Source: Eledone cirrhosa (taxonomy: Eukaryota). Taken from it: a stretch of DNA of 64,000 nt. The notes under the pieces are model-generated. The model worked only from the letters and a program-made list of their open reading frames with translations. It searched no databases and was not told the origin of the DNA. The position numbers were made by a program, and so were the translations under genes. Shown here piece after piece: positions 1 to 11,638 of the stretch (position 1 is its first letter; every line of letters begins with the position of its first letter). The DNA is taken from NCBI GenBank assembly GCA_964016885.1, contig OZ024740.1:155496001-155560000 (forward strand), read 5' to 3'.

Positions 1-2097
1 AGAGCCCACCAGATAATGGAGCGGGGGACTCTGTCGAAGGCTTTCTCCAAGTCGACAAAAGCTAAGTAGAGGGGTTTACCTTTAGCTAGGTACTTCTCCT
101 GTAGTTGTCGTACTATGAAAAGAGCGTCTGTGGTACTTTTGCCTGACACAAACCCGAACTGCATTTCATCTAGGTCAATTCTCTCTCTGATTAGTTGCGC
201 TATTACTTTTTCCGTGACCTTCATGACCTGGTCGATTAATTTAATGCCTCTATAGTTACTCCTATCTAGGGCGTCTCCTTTACCCTTATAACAGTTAACG
301 ATGATGCTGCTATGCCAGTCCTTCGGAACAACCCCATTCTGTACGACTTGGTTAACTATGCGGGTGACCATGGTGTGTCCCACCGTGCCAGATGCCTTCA
401 GCATCTCAGCAACTATTTCCGAAGGCCCAGCCGCCTTACCCGTCTTCATATCCTTGATTGCCTTACTTATTATACTCCCCTCGACTAACACTGCTGGTCC
501 CTCTATTGGGTCGATATGGGGGAGACTGTCTTTCTCCCATTTATTCTCCTCATTTAGTAGCCTTTCATAGTGACACTTCCAAGCTACCTTCTTATCAGTG
601 TCGGTGATGGCAAGTATGCCATCATCGTTAAGTACACACTTCTCCCCGACAATATCACGGTTTTCCTTGACGCATTGCCTAGCAATCCTGAACACCTCAC
701 GTTTTTGGTCATCGCGTTGTAGAACATGCTTGAACTTTCTTTCCTCAGCTTCCCTTCTTGCTAAGTACACTTCTCTCCTAGCTTCCCTCCTGGCCACTTG
801 ATAGTCTACTCTACTTCCCCCATCCCGCCATACTTTCCAAGCCTGCTTTTTGGCCTTAATTGACCCCTCCACCTTACTGTTCCACCACCATGTTACTCTC
901 CTCCTGCCTACAGGCCTGCTCCTTCGTCTGTCGCCAACAGCAGGTTTGCTTTCAGAAATTCCCACTGTCCCTCTATATTGTCCGACTGTAAATGTTCTTC
1001 CTTACTGTCGAAAGCATCAAGTAATATGTTTTGAAATTTATTTTTGGCTGTGGGGTCCTTTAGCTTCCATATTTTTCTCCTGAGGATAGTCCTCTTCTGC
1101 TGTCGAGTACGTCTCGTCCTGACTATGAGGTCGCTAATTATCAGTCTATGTTGGGAGGTGCATTCTTCATGGGGGAGGGATTTAGTGTTTACAACAGACA
1201 CTCTGTCACGTCTTCTGGTAAGGATATAATCTACCTGGCTTGTATGTTCCCCGGATCTATAGGTGATCAGGTGATTGTCACGTTTTTTGAAGTTAGTGTT
1301 ACAGATAGTTAGGTTATTTGCATCACAGAATTCCAGGATTCTGGAGCCTTCCTCATTTCTAGTACCAAACCCATAGCCTCCATGGATTTCGTCGTAGCCG
1401 TCACAATGTTGTCCAACGTGACCATTTAGGTCGCCTGCAATAATTATATAGTCACTGTCAGATATTTGGGAGGTAGTTAGCAACAGTGTCTCATAGAATC
1501 TGTCTTTTATAGTGGCGGGCAGTCCGGATTGGGGTGCGTACGCAGATATTACTGTCACCGTAGTTCTATTGAGGACAAGTCGTATTTTAATTATTCTGTC
1601 GTTCACTCTATTTACGTCTATTATCTTATCTGCCCACTTTTCTGCTACCATGATTCCTACTCCACCCAGCCCATCGTCGTTTCCCACCCAGAAAAGCTTA
1701 TAACATCGTTTTTTACCCTCAATGAATCTAGCAGACCCACCACTCCACCTGGTCTCTTGAATACAACAAACATCGACCTCCTTACGTTCAAGCATTTCTA
1801 CAACCTCGTTAGCGCGACCCCTTAGGGTGCCTACATTTATGGTACCAACTCTGAAGTTTTGGATTGCGTTTGGAGGGTGGGGGTGGTGGGGGGCGGGGGG
1901 AGATGGGGTTATGTTAGCCATCCGCGGGCGAAACAAAGAGGAGTGCTCGCATTCTCGTCCACGAGGTGAATTTGACTTTAACTTTGGCATTTTCGCTCTG
2001 AGCGTCCAGATTTTTCTCTCCCTTCCCCTCTCCAGGATTCCGCAGTCCGTCCATCCATCCATCATATATCGAAGGCAACCGTGCAAGCGATAGTATA

Positions 2098-2099
<2 letters not shown>
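1..2099 (-). mobile_element. RTE-clade LINE (PHD-RT family, subfamily A), 5' half: 5'UTR, APE endonuclease and start of RT; runs off the window edge
   Basis: ORF 908..2086 has APE motifs (GTINVGTL, CIQETRW, SAYAPQ, AGDLNGHVG, SQVDYIL, SQHRL). 1..900 is nearly identical to RT N-terminal sequence of the copies at 19128-22795 and 40620-42961. A deletion of about 10 nt near 920 relative to the 21580 copy shifts the frame. Confidence 0.95.
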
Positions 2100-2192
<93 letters not shown>

Positions 2193-2193
2193 T
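2100..2193. repeat. (TA)n microsatellite between two head-to-head LINE pieces
   Basis: Directly visible TA run. Confidence 0.95.
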
Positions 2194-2855
2194 ACAAATT
2201 AGAAATAAGAGGGATCAGATGTTGTTTACTCGAGAGAAGGCTACGTTGGTATGGTCACGTGATGCGCATGAAAGTCGATAGCTGTATAACAAAGTGCAGG
2301 GCAATAAAGATAGACGGTAGCCACGGAGTAGGCAGACCTAGAAAAACCTGGGACGAGCTGATAAACTCCGACCTCACACACTTACACCTCTCCAAGACAA
2401 TGTCACTGGACTGAGACCTTTGGCGATACTCAGTAACAGAGAAGACCCGCCTTACCTAAATACATAGTAAAACCTACTACAGCCAGTAGGCATCTCTAAC
2501 AAAATACACCCCGTCCCACCACCCCCACCCCATCCACACCACCCCCTTCTATGTAAAGTTATGTTGGTGCCACGCCATCCAGGCCGAAACAAATGAGATC
2601 GTGTAGGTGTCACGACAAAAAAACACACAGTCCACGCTGTAATGTGGCCGTGTAGGCAACACGGTAAAAACCTCCCAGACCCACACTGTAAATGTGGTTG
2701 GTGTTAGGAAGGGCATCCAACTGTAGAAAACCTGCCAGACAGTCCTATGCGAGCAAGACAATCACTCTTGCCTCAAGTGGGAATACCCCCGTCCAAACCC
2801 ATGCAAGCGTGGAACACGGACGTTAAACGTTGATGATGATGATGATGATGATGAT
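2194..2855 (+). mobile_element. 5'-truncated 3' end of the PHD-RT RTE LINE with 3'UTR and (GAT)n tail
   Basis: Encodes LEIRGIRCCLLERRLRWYGHVMRM...GRPRKTW; matches 42190-42961; ends in GATGATGAT. Confidence 0.93.
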
Positions 2856-2858
2856 ACA

Positions 2859-2895
<37 letters not shown>

Positions 2896-3090
2896 ATATA
2901 TATGTCTATATATACAATATATACAGACATATATATATATAGATAGACATATATATATATGTACATACAAATATACATATATATATACAGACATATATAT
3001 ATATACACACATACACACACAAATATATATATATAATTCAAGAAAGATGAGTAACATGGTTGGCTGTACAATAAGGGCTTTATTCACAGT

Positions 3091-3197
3091 GCTGACAATT
3101 GTTTCTTTGATCTGGTAGGTCTAGAGTTCGCTAATCGCTTGATGTTGCATCAATCGATCTCCAATACTTTGTTTATAACCAGTCAATTCATCAGAGC
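3091..3197 (-). ncRNA. Type I hammerhead ribozyme (inverted copy)
   Basis: Reverse complement reads gct-CTGATGA-long stem II-GAAA-CAATTG-TC-agc. Confidence 0.8.
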
Positions 3198-3558
3198 GTG
3201 CGGATGTGAGGATAATACGCAAGGCATGGCTACATATCTTAAGGTACAATAAAATGCTACTTAACAGCAAAATAGAAAAGTCAATTTTCAGCAGACATAG
3301 GTTTGCTACTAAATTCACGAGATTTAAACCACCGTGATTCAAACCAGCATCGCCAAAATTAATGGAAAATCACTTAAACTTTAACGTATGAAATTCGCAC
3401 TCTCACACAGCCCACTTCAGAACCATAATCTTCTATAAACACCTTCCAGCCTCCCTACATCTATACCACCAAGATGGGGCAGTAATATCTACAAACATCT
3501 ACCATCTTGTCAGCCCATAAATCAATCTCGTCTTTGCGTATTATCCTCACATCCGCAC

Positions 3559-3665
3559 GCTCTGATGAATTGACTGGTTATAAACAAAGTATTGGAGTTC
3601 GATTAACGCAACATCAAGTGATTAGCGAACTCTAGACTTACCAGATCAAAGAAACAATTGTCAGC
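3559..3665 (+). ncRNA. Type I hammerhead ribozyme with 82-nt stem II and palindromic stem III
   Basis: Stem I gct/agc (extendable tcaca/tgtga); CTGATGA 3562-3568; stem II ttga-ctggt...accag-a-tcaa; GAAA 3651-3654; ACAATTGT palindrome; GUC cleavage triplet ending at 3662. Confidence 0.85.
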
Positions 3666-3957
3666 ACTGTGAATAAAGCCCTTATTGTACAGCCAACCAT
3701 GTTACTCATCTTTCTTGAATTATTATTACTCCAAGTATAACCTACATAGAAATCACCGCAAACTCGCTGCATCACTATCGAAGCGTCTTGTTGAGTCAAA
3801 CTAAGCCATACGTTAATACCATCCACAACACGGAGTACTCTAACTGGACTACCTCTAAGGATAACTTGTTATCCCGTATATATATATGATTATAACCATT
3901 TAACATAAGTTTCCCTTGTTTGATATATATATTCACACATTATATATATATATATAT

Positions 3958-4126
3958 AACGAAGGAAGTGTGGTAAGGAACCAGATGGACCATAACGCAC
4001 CAGAGGACTCAATACTTAGGATAGAAGAGTGGGTAATAGGAAAATGTTTAAGCCCGACGGCAGAGCTCAAGCCGTTTCGACTCAGTCCAGAAATAGCCGT
4101 CGAAAGGGCTTGAGGTTAAACATTTT

Positions 4127-4131
<5 letters not shown>
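3958..4131 (+). repeat. Short fold-back repeat in (TA)n; related copy on the opposite strand at about 59127-59210
   Basis: taggaaaatgtttaa...ttaaacattttccta hairpin; 3958-4050 is the reverse complement of 59130-59210. Confidence 0.6.
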
Positions 4132-4168
<37 letters not shown>

Positions 4169-4937
4169 CTGAAGTTAGGCAACCAATTAAGGCATTGTAT
4201 CCACTGATATTGAGTGAGAAGAGATTGAATTTTATTAGTTCCCCTATCTCTTCACCCCAGGTTCTTCAGAAAACCTGGGGTGGATATCAATAATGTTCAA
4301 AAGACTATATGAAATAGTTGGATTGATGCTATGGAACCAACACACTGCATAGTCATCAAACATGTCGAAACATTTGTAATGGAAAATTTTTGAATAATTT
4401 GTAAAAAACCCATTATGCATACTTAGTCTTCCCTTTCTAAGGTACAACAAAAACGATTTAGCAGAAAATATTTCTAAAATGGGTTTGTTAATTCAAGTGT
4501 TTATAGTATATTTATGAGTGAAAAGCATGCTGGAAAAACTTGCAGTATTAGGGTAAAGACTTTAATTTTTAATGTGATGCAGTCATAGTCTTGTTATGTA
4601 CATTTCAAGAATGGATTGCTAATGCAGTGTCATTCAGTACAGGTCATTGAGAGTTAAGGCCACTTTCCCTGCTAAAGAAATGGCTAGCCTTGTGGGCTCA
4701 ATGACTAGCTTCTGGTTGATCATGGGATCATTTTTGAAACAATGTTTTATAGCTGGATATCCTTCTAGGCACCAACGCAGAGATAGAGCATACTTATTCT
4801 AAACCAGATGCACACAGCAATAACTTCCCATTGCATCCCACATAGTTTATTAAGTCTAATTAAGATTTTTAAAAATTCTTTTTACAAAAATTAGTGATTC
4901 AGAAAATAGTTGATTTATCTCTCCACATTCTCTTCAG

Positions 4938-5002
4938 GTGACTCTGCTGAGCCCGAACTAATCCCTTTCAATGCCAATATAGAGGAGGACCCTTTGGACA
5001 AG
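4938..5002 (+). CDS. Candidate internal exon of an unidentified host gene (phase 1 to 0): (G)DSAEPELIPFNANIEEDPLDK
   Basis: Acceptor ttctcttcAG, donor aag|GTagct, 65 nt open frame, non-repetitive and GC-richer than flanks. Confidence 0.5.
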
Positions 5003-5044
5003 GTAGCTAAGATAAAGTTACAAGTTCATAGGTACTATGTATAT

Positions 5045-5240
5045 CTTTCTTCAGTACAGTAGGTATAGTAGTATTGATGGCAGTGGTACTAGAATCAGCG
5101 GTAGCAACAATGGTAATGATTGTAATAATAGTCTTAATAATGGCATTAGTGCTAACAGTAGTGATAACAGTGATGGCAATGATGGTGGTAGTAGTAGAGG
5201 CTGTGGTGGTAGCAGTAGTAATAGTAATAACAAAAATAAT
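5045..5240. repeat. Degenerate trinucleotide (RRT/RRC)n low-complexity tract
   Basis: agt/aat/ggt/gat triplets; produces spurious overlapping ORFs. Confidence 0.85.
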
Positions 5241-5282
5241 TATTTCTAAAGTAAGCAAAAGTTCTATTTAGTAATGGTTAAT

Positions 5283-5500
5283 AGTTGTTTCTACTTTAGG
5301 CACAAGACCAGCAATTTGAAGGGGAGAGGAAAGTCGATTAAATCGACCCCAGCGTATTACTAGTACTTTATTTTATCAACCCCATAAGGATGAAAGGCAA
5401 AGCTAACTTCGGTGGTATTTGAACACAACGTAAAGAGCTGTAACTCTATGCTGCAAAGCATTTTGTCTGACACTTTACTGATACTGCCAATCCCCTGCCC
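5283..5500 (-). mobile_element. tRNA-derived SINE, family A (core gcctttcatccttacggggtcgataaaataaagtac, tail ggccttgtgcctaaagtagaaaca)
   Basis: B-box-like gttcaaat and conserved central and 3' blocks shared with more than 12 copies in the window. Confidence 0.8.
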
Positions 5501-5706
5501 CCAGTAATGGCTGATAACAATAATAATTTCTATATTTGCCACAAGGGCAATGAATAAAACACATTACAAAGACAAGATAAAACACAAACAATAGCATTAG
5601 TCAATGATGATAATTGTTTCTTTTCTAATTGAGTCACAAGGCCAGCAATTGAGGGTGGGGGGATTACCCCAGTACTGGACATCTAATCTCTCTCAAATGT
5701 ATCTTG

Positions 5707-5980
5707 TGGAGGCTCGAGGCCTAGTGGTAAGGGTGTTGGACTTATGATCATAATGTTGTGTGTTCGATTCCTGGGTTACGTGTTGTGTTCTTGAGCAAAA
5801 ACACTTCATTTCATGCTTCTTCAGTATACTCAGCTGAAAATGAGTACCAGCAATAGCTGGGGGTTTAACCCTGCGATTGACTGGTGTCCTGTCCAGAGGG
5901 GAGCCTTGTACTCTCAGTTGCTTCATGCCACAAAAATGGTATAAGCACCAGCTTAACAAGCCTTTTGGCCTGATGCAGAC
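5707..5980 (+). mobile_element. tRNA-derived SINE, family B, with V-domain-like block
   Basis: A-box ggcctagtggt, B-box gttcgattcc, block ccctgcgattgactggtgtcctgtccagagg; inverse copy at 46190-46457. Confidence 0.8.
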
Positions 5981-5989
5981 TTTAAAATA

Positions 5990-6495
5990 CTGGACAGGTT
6001 CTTCATTTGATCAACCTAAGAAGAATAAAAAGCAAAGTTGACCTCAGCAGGAGTTGAACTCAAATTGTAAAGGTTCATAACCTGCCAAAAATAATTCTTC
6101 CCAACATTGGCACAAGGTGAGCAATTTGGGGAAAGGAGAAAGTTGATTATATTGATTCCAGTATTTAACTGGTACTTTATTTTATCGACCCTGGAAGGAT
6201 GAAAGGCAAAGCTGAAGTTGGTGGGATTTGAACTCAGAATGTAGAAAGTTGTAACTAAAGAGTTCAAAGCATTTTGTCCATCTCTCCATCAATACTGCCA
6301 ATCCACGGCCCTATAGTAATTTCTAATTTAGGCACAATGCCAACAATTTGTGGGGAGGTAAAGATTGATTACATTGACCCTAGAAGGGTGAAAGGCAAAG
6401 CTGATCTTAGTGGAATTTGAACTCAGAACATATGAGCCAGAACAAATACTTATAAGCATTTGTCCTACATTCTAACAATTCTGCAAATCCACTGT
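5990..6495 (-). mobile_element. Cluster of 2-3 degenerate family A SINEs in tandem
   Basis: Repeated gatgaaaggcaaag...atttgaactcagaa blocks. Confidence 0.7.
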
Positions 6496-7099
6496 TATAC
6501 AACCTGCCAATGATAATGATAAAACTGATAGTAGTGATAATGATAAACTAACTGAACAAAAATGATGATGGTAGTAATAGTGATGATGAGTTAACTTCTC
6601 AATGTAAGTAGTGCTCATACATTATATATATCTTACATGTGGGATGACACACTGAGAAAGGTAGTCAACATCATCATCATCATTGTAACCACCCACAATA
6701 AAACGAAAACAAAAGCAAAAAAAAAAAAAAACTGTTCTCCATCCATCACTGTGAGAAGAACAAGAGTATGAAACATCCAAAAAAGCAGTTGTTAGTCAGC
6801 TGTATATCTATCTGTCAAATTATGAAGGCAGAAGTGGATTTCCACAAGACAGAAACTACTATGATATCTAGGTAAGGTAGTGGGACTAGGTCATATCTAA
6901 TTTACAATGGGTCAACATTTATAAGAATTGCTAAAGATACCATAATGACTGACACTAGAAGAAAGAAAAAAAAATGTTTACAAAAAGGTAATGAAAGAGC
7001 TCCTATATGGTCACTCAAACTGCTAGAAATAGAAGGCAAATCTCTCCTTCATCACATCCTACTGACACTTAATACAGGGATGATGCATTGGATGACATA

Positions 7100-7255
7100 A
7101 GTGACAAATTGGCAGAGTCGTGAGAACGTCGGATAGAATACTTTGTTATATTTGTTCTGCTTCTCTACTCCCTGAGTTAAAATCCCGCAGAGGTCAACTT
7201 TGCCTTTCATCTTTTTGAGGTCAATAAAAAAGCAACAGTCTAGTACTGGGGCCGA
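7100..7255 (+). mobile_element. Family A SINE (degenerate)
   Basis: ctgagttaaaatcccgcagaggtcaactttgcctttcatc. Confidence 0.65.
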
Positions 7256-7590
7256 TTTTTCCTCTATATCTTTTTCTCACTTCCTCTCTCACTTTCTATC
7301 CTTTTCTGGAAGAGATCTGCTGTTTTCAAACCTGGAGAGTGATGGGCTCCACCAGACTTAAATTGCCCTAGAAATGATGTATGCCACTACAGAGCCCCGA
7401 CTTCACCAGGAGTTATGGGACCATGCATGCATTGGATGATGTGGTTCAAGATCAGTGGTTCCCAAATATATTTTGTCATGGAAGCCTTATACAATTTTCC
7501 AAAGATTGCAGTTCCCCTATCTATATTTTACAAACAATTCCAACTACCCCAATAATAATAATAAAAAAAAAAAATGTTATTATAGTATCA

Positions 7591-7760
7591 ACAGGCATGG
7601 TTGCGTGGTTAAGAAGTTTGCTTCACAAGCATATGGTTCCTGGTTCAATCCCAGTGTGGTGTCTTGGACATGTGTCTTCTATCACAGCTTCGGGTGAGTA
7701 GTGTCTTGTAAATGGAATTTGGTAGATGCAAACAGCACATAAGCCCATTGTGTGCGTATC
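7591..7760 (+). mobile_element. tRNA-derived SINE, family C
   Basis: caggcatggttgcgtggttaagaag...ggttcaatccc head; relatives at 18942 and 27637. Confidence 0.65.
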
Positions 7761-8879
7761 CTCAGTATCATTTTATGTCCATTTTCCATGCTGGCGTAGG
7801 ATTGAAACTAGATGTGTTGAAGAAGCACATCTGGCTCATATGTTCCATTTTTAGCATGCTTTTATTGGCTGGATGCCCTTCTTAACACCAACCAATTTAC
7901 ACAGGCATTGCACTAGCACTAGCAAGGTCATTACATCTTCAGGAGGACTAAAGCGTCCTCTCAACCCAAGATAGCCCCTGTTCTATATGTATATGTGTGT
8001 GTTGTGTATGTGTATGTATGTGTTTTTCGCTGATGTACATGGGTGAAAAATGTAAACATCCCTTATGAAATATTTGTGCGACTGGAGTTGTCCAGACTTT
8101 CTTTTGTTAATCTCACCATCATAAATACAAGCCAGTAATTAGCTTGTTGGAAGTCTACAACCAACAACGCTATTATTCACAAAATGCAATAGAAAATAAG
8201 AAAAAAATTAAATAAAAAAAGCAGTGGGAGCCTTGTTGAAAAATTTGTGTAAATCTTATATTTATTTAAGCTGTTATGACAAGTGACATATGGAATCTCT
8301 CTAAAACTCAAGATAGTATGCAATATTTATATATATTTTGGTGGGTGTATGTAACTTTCTCGTGGAAGTGGTGGTGGAATGGAGACCTATTTTTGCAGCA
8401 GTTCCTCCTTCATCATGCTTGATTTAACTATTAAAATCACCATCATCACATCTAATTCACTCAGCTTCTCCACCTCGGATTTTTTTTCTTCTTTGCACTC
8501 TAACAAACTTGGGAGTAGATAAAATGGTATGATATCCATTGAAGCTTCTAAATGGTTGCTTGACCTGTTAAAAGTAGCAATAATACCTCCATGAAATCAC
8601 ACCCTACCTTCTTGGACACATCATCATTAATCACCATCACCACTGTTTTTATATTGTTTTATTTTTCATACAAGCAAGTAGGTATAATGTAGTCCTTGAT
8701 ACAGGCTGGAATGCCTTTAACCAATGTCCCGTCTGATGTTTCTCAACCATTGAGCAGAACTTTGATATTTTGAACAACCATACTATAAATATAAAATGAC
8801 TGAACAGCAACAGTTTGATGAGTGTAGTACAAAAATAGTGATTGCATAGCTAAATACCCATATAGCTTAGAAGGAACTT

Positions 8880-9760
8880 GGTCTTGAACTCAGTGTGAAA
8901 CTACCTTCGTAGCTTGGACTAGCTTGGACTCGGCAATCTCCCTGCATCTCTTTCCCAGATACTTACCATAGACTTTACTTGGGAGGTTTAACAAGGAGAT
9001 CCCTCTATAATTGGAGCAATCTCTCTTGTCTCTCTTTTTGAAAATTGGGATTATCACTCCCCATTGCCATTGCGTAGGTGCCTTTCCAGAGATCCAGGCC
9101 ACCTGGCACACACAAGTCACCAGAGAATACCTTCTCTATTTAAGGCTTTTAACATCTCAGGCCAAATTTCATCCTCCCCAGCAGCCTGGCTACATTTGAG
9201 CTTTTTAATTGCTCTCGTTATTGAAGCCTAGGAGAGATTAGTCACCGCTCTCAGATGCTGTTGTCATAGGGTTTAGAAGATCTGCAAAGTATTCTCTTCA
9301 CCTTGTGAGGATTCACCTCTCTGAAGAAGGAGAACCCCCTAATAGCAGGTCTGGAGGGGGACTTCTTATTACAAAGTCTGCCAGAACATTTTATTTGCTG
9401 ATCTGAAGTCAGATTCCAGTTTAACCTCAAAGTCCTCCCATGTCTTAACTTTGGATGCCTTTACTGTCTCTGCTGCAATTCTTTATGCCTGCTTGTGCAA
9501 GAAGGAGGACTTATTTCCAAGCCAAGCTTGTCTTGCCATCCAGTGTCACACCAAGCCCCTTCTACCCATTTAACAGCTGAAGCAGAAACTTTTGCGCTGA
9601 ACACTCTCCACTCTATCTCAACGTCCTCAGTTTGCTCAAGGAGTTCTCGGAATTTGGATGCAATAGTATCTGCATACCTGGTTTTGACTTCCTTATCCCC
9701 AAACGCTTCCCAATTTATCCTGTAGGTTAACCTGGACCTGCCAGTTTCATGGGCTTCATT
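8880..9760 (-). mobile_element. Degraded fragment of a third RTE-clade LINE (Rex3/Expander-like RT N-terminus)
   Basis: WISGKAPTQWQWGVIIPIFKKRDKRDCSNYRGISLLNLPSKVY motif; upstream linker with frameshifts. Confidence 0.8.
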
Positions 9761-10215
9761 GTCTGCACACGTGTGTGGTAAATACAAAGAAAATATTCTT
9801 ATCAAAGAACTTTTACAAAAATATACCATAGGGAATTATATACTATACAAAGACAAAAAGAAAAAACATACAGAAAAATAATTAAAAAAATTATCTAGTA
9901 ACTAAAGTAAAAATAAAAAAGAAAGAAAAATATTAGCAGACAACATATCCATCTGTTTCACAATAGATTGGGCTAGATCAGGAAGCAGTGATGGGATGGC
10001 TGGTTGTCTGATTGTAGACTGACTGACTGGCTAGTTGAAAGACTCTTTGAGAACAGCTGACAATGAATGAATGAAATACACATACATACAAAGTATGTAT
10101 ATCTGTATATATGTGTGTGAGTGTTCATATGCATATATAACTATATCTAGGTATGTGTGTATATGCACACACACACACATATATATGCATATTATGTATC
10201 TATGTGAGTATGTGT

Positions 10216-10254
<39 letters not shown>

Positions 10255-10478
10255 TACATAGTATGCTTTTCGTTGAAGGGGTAGACACAGAAATTTCTAG
10301 TTCTAATGAATGAAAGAGAATGATTATGAATGATGATGTTATTTGATAATATTAAGAACAATAATAATAATTTCTAACACTGGCACAAGGTCATACATTT
10401 TTTGGGAGGTGGGGCAGATTTTCCTTTTATTTTTTATTGAAGAGGGATAAAGTATTAGTCATGTACTGACAAACCTAT

Positions 10479-10960
10479 TTAACCTTTTCATTATCTACCA
10501 TATTTCTAATACAAAGGACTGTCTATGAGTTTTAAATATTTCAGAAAATAATCAAGACTTTTGAGGGATGTAGTAATATAACTAACTTAATATTAACCCT
10601 TTAGCATTTACATTACTCTATATATACTATTGTATTTTCATGGTAAAGGCTTTATCACACACAATTATCTCACATAATATCGAATCTATGAGACTTTGAT
10701 AATATTTATTCTGAGAACAATACCTTAACATCAGTATGAGTGGTCGGTTACAGCCGGTTTGAACAAAAAGAGGTGAGAGAATTCTGGCTGGATACGGCCA
10801 GTTTTAATGCTAAAGGGTTAAACTGATGCAGGTTCTTACATAAAATAATGATGGAATATACTTATAGTATGTTTACATCTAGATAAATATAAACATGATA
10901 AAACAAACAGGTTTGTATCATAGAACCATGTTTCAGGCAGTTTAGTATTAAAATGGATAA
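10479..10960. mobile_element. TTAA-flanked MITE, family 2 (degenerate), interrupted by a family 1 MITE
   Basis: ttaacctttt..ccatatttcta start and tcatagaacc..cagtttagtattaaaatgg end match the uninterrupted copy at 16019-16254. Confidence 0.55.
10593..10821. mobile_element. piggyBac-type MITE, family 1 (about 220 bp)
   Basis: TTAA-ccctttagcatt ... aatgctaaaggg-TTAA terminal inverted repeats; 7 copies in window. Confidence 0.85.
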
Positions 10961-11638
10961 TATTTCTATGAAACATGATGTGAATAGAGTTATAATGGAA
11001 AACTAAGACCACTGTGGGATTTAAACTTTAAACATAGAGGTGTGTAAGTAAATACCTCAAAGCATTTTGTCTGTCACTCTCCCTTTTCTGCCAATCTACA
11101 GTCATTGGTGGAAGGCCACAAATTTGTGGTGACAAAATAGTTAATAATATTGATTCCAGTACTTGACTATTAAATATTTTATTGACCTTGTAAGGATGAA
11201 AAGTAAAATTGTTTAAATTAACCCTAGTACTTGACTTCTACTTCATCTTACCATCTGCCATAAGTAGTTTGGCATTAGGAAGGGTATCCAGCTGTAGAAA
11301 TCAAGCCAAATATAGAATGTATGAGAAAGATGAGGTTGCTCTGACTCATTTGTTCTCAGACTGTGGAAAGCTGTTTAACTCATGCCAGTGTTGATAGCAG
11401 ACATAATATGATGATGATAATAATATGTCATTATCCTTTTATGTCTGACATGGTTTCTATGGGTGAATGCCCTTCTTAATGCATGCATGTGTGTGTGTGT
11501 GTGTATGTATACATATATATATATAAAATATATATATATAAAATTGTGTGTTGAAACAAATATTGTTATATTTGGGGAGTGTTCTTTCTCACATATCTGT
11601 GACACCATCAGTGTACTATTATCAATATATATATATAT

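Larger units (their letters stand above)
3034..3880 (+). mobile_element. Highly truncated Penelope-like element: inverted pseudo-LTR, C-terminal ORF remnant, pseudo-LTR
   Basis: Inverted arms 3034-3222 / 3534-3722. Spacer encodes KAWLHILRYNKMLLNSKIEKSIFSRHRF..KPP* (stop 3335-3337), similar to the LLNK/S..E...C.H tails of the PLE ORFs near 34600, 39350 and 54760. Flanked by (TA)n. Confidence 0.8.

Noticed and set aside
301-2093. Antisense ORFs over LINEs (also 19776-21905 and 40716-42176)
   Set aside because: Shadow frames of the RT/APE ORFs; they recur only because the LINE does
1985-2099. HDV-like ribozyme at the 5' end of the PHD-RT LINE (also 22690-22795)
   Set aside because: Could not assemble P2, P3 and J4/2 elements
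4245-4285. Minus-strand CTGAAGA-acc tgg ggt-GAAG within the hairpin caccccaggtt/aacctggggtg
   Set aside because: GAAA, stem III and stem I cannot be completed; at best a decayed remnant
5007-5271. Four overlapping hydrophobic or Thr-rich ORFs
   Set aside because: Degenerate trinucleotide repeat
5707-5780. tRNA gene
   Set aside because: A/B boxes continue into a multi-copy SINE body and I could not fold an intact cloverleaf
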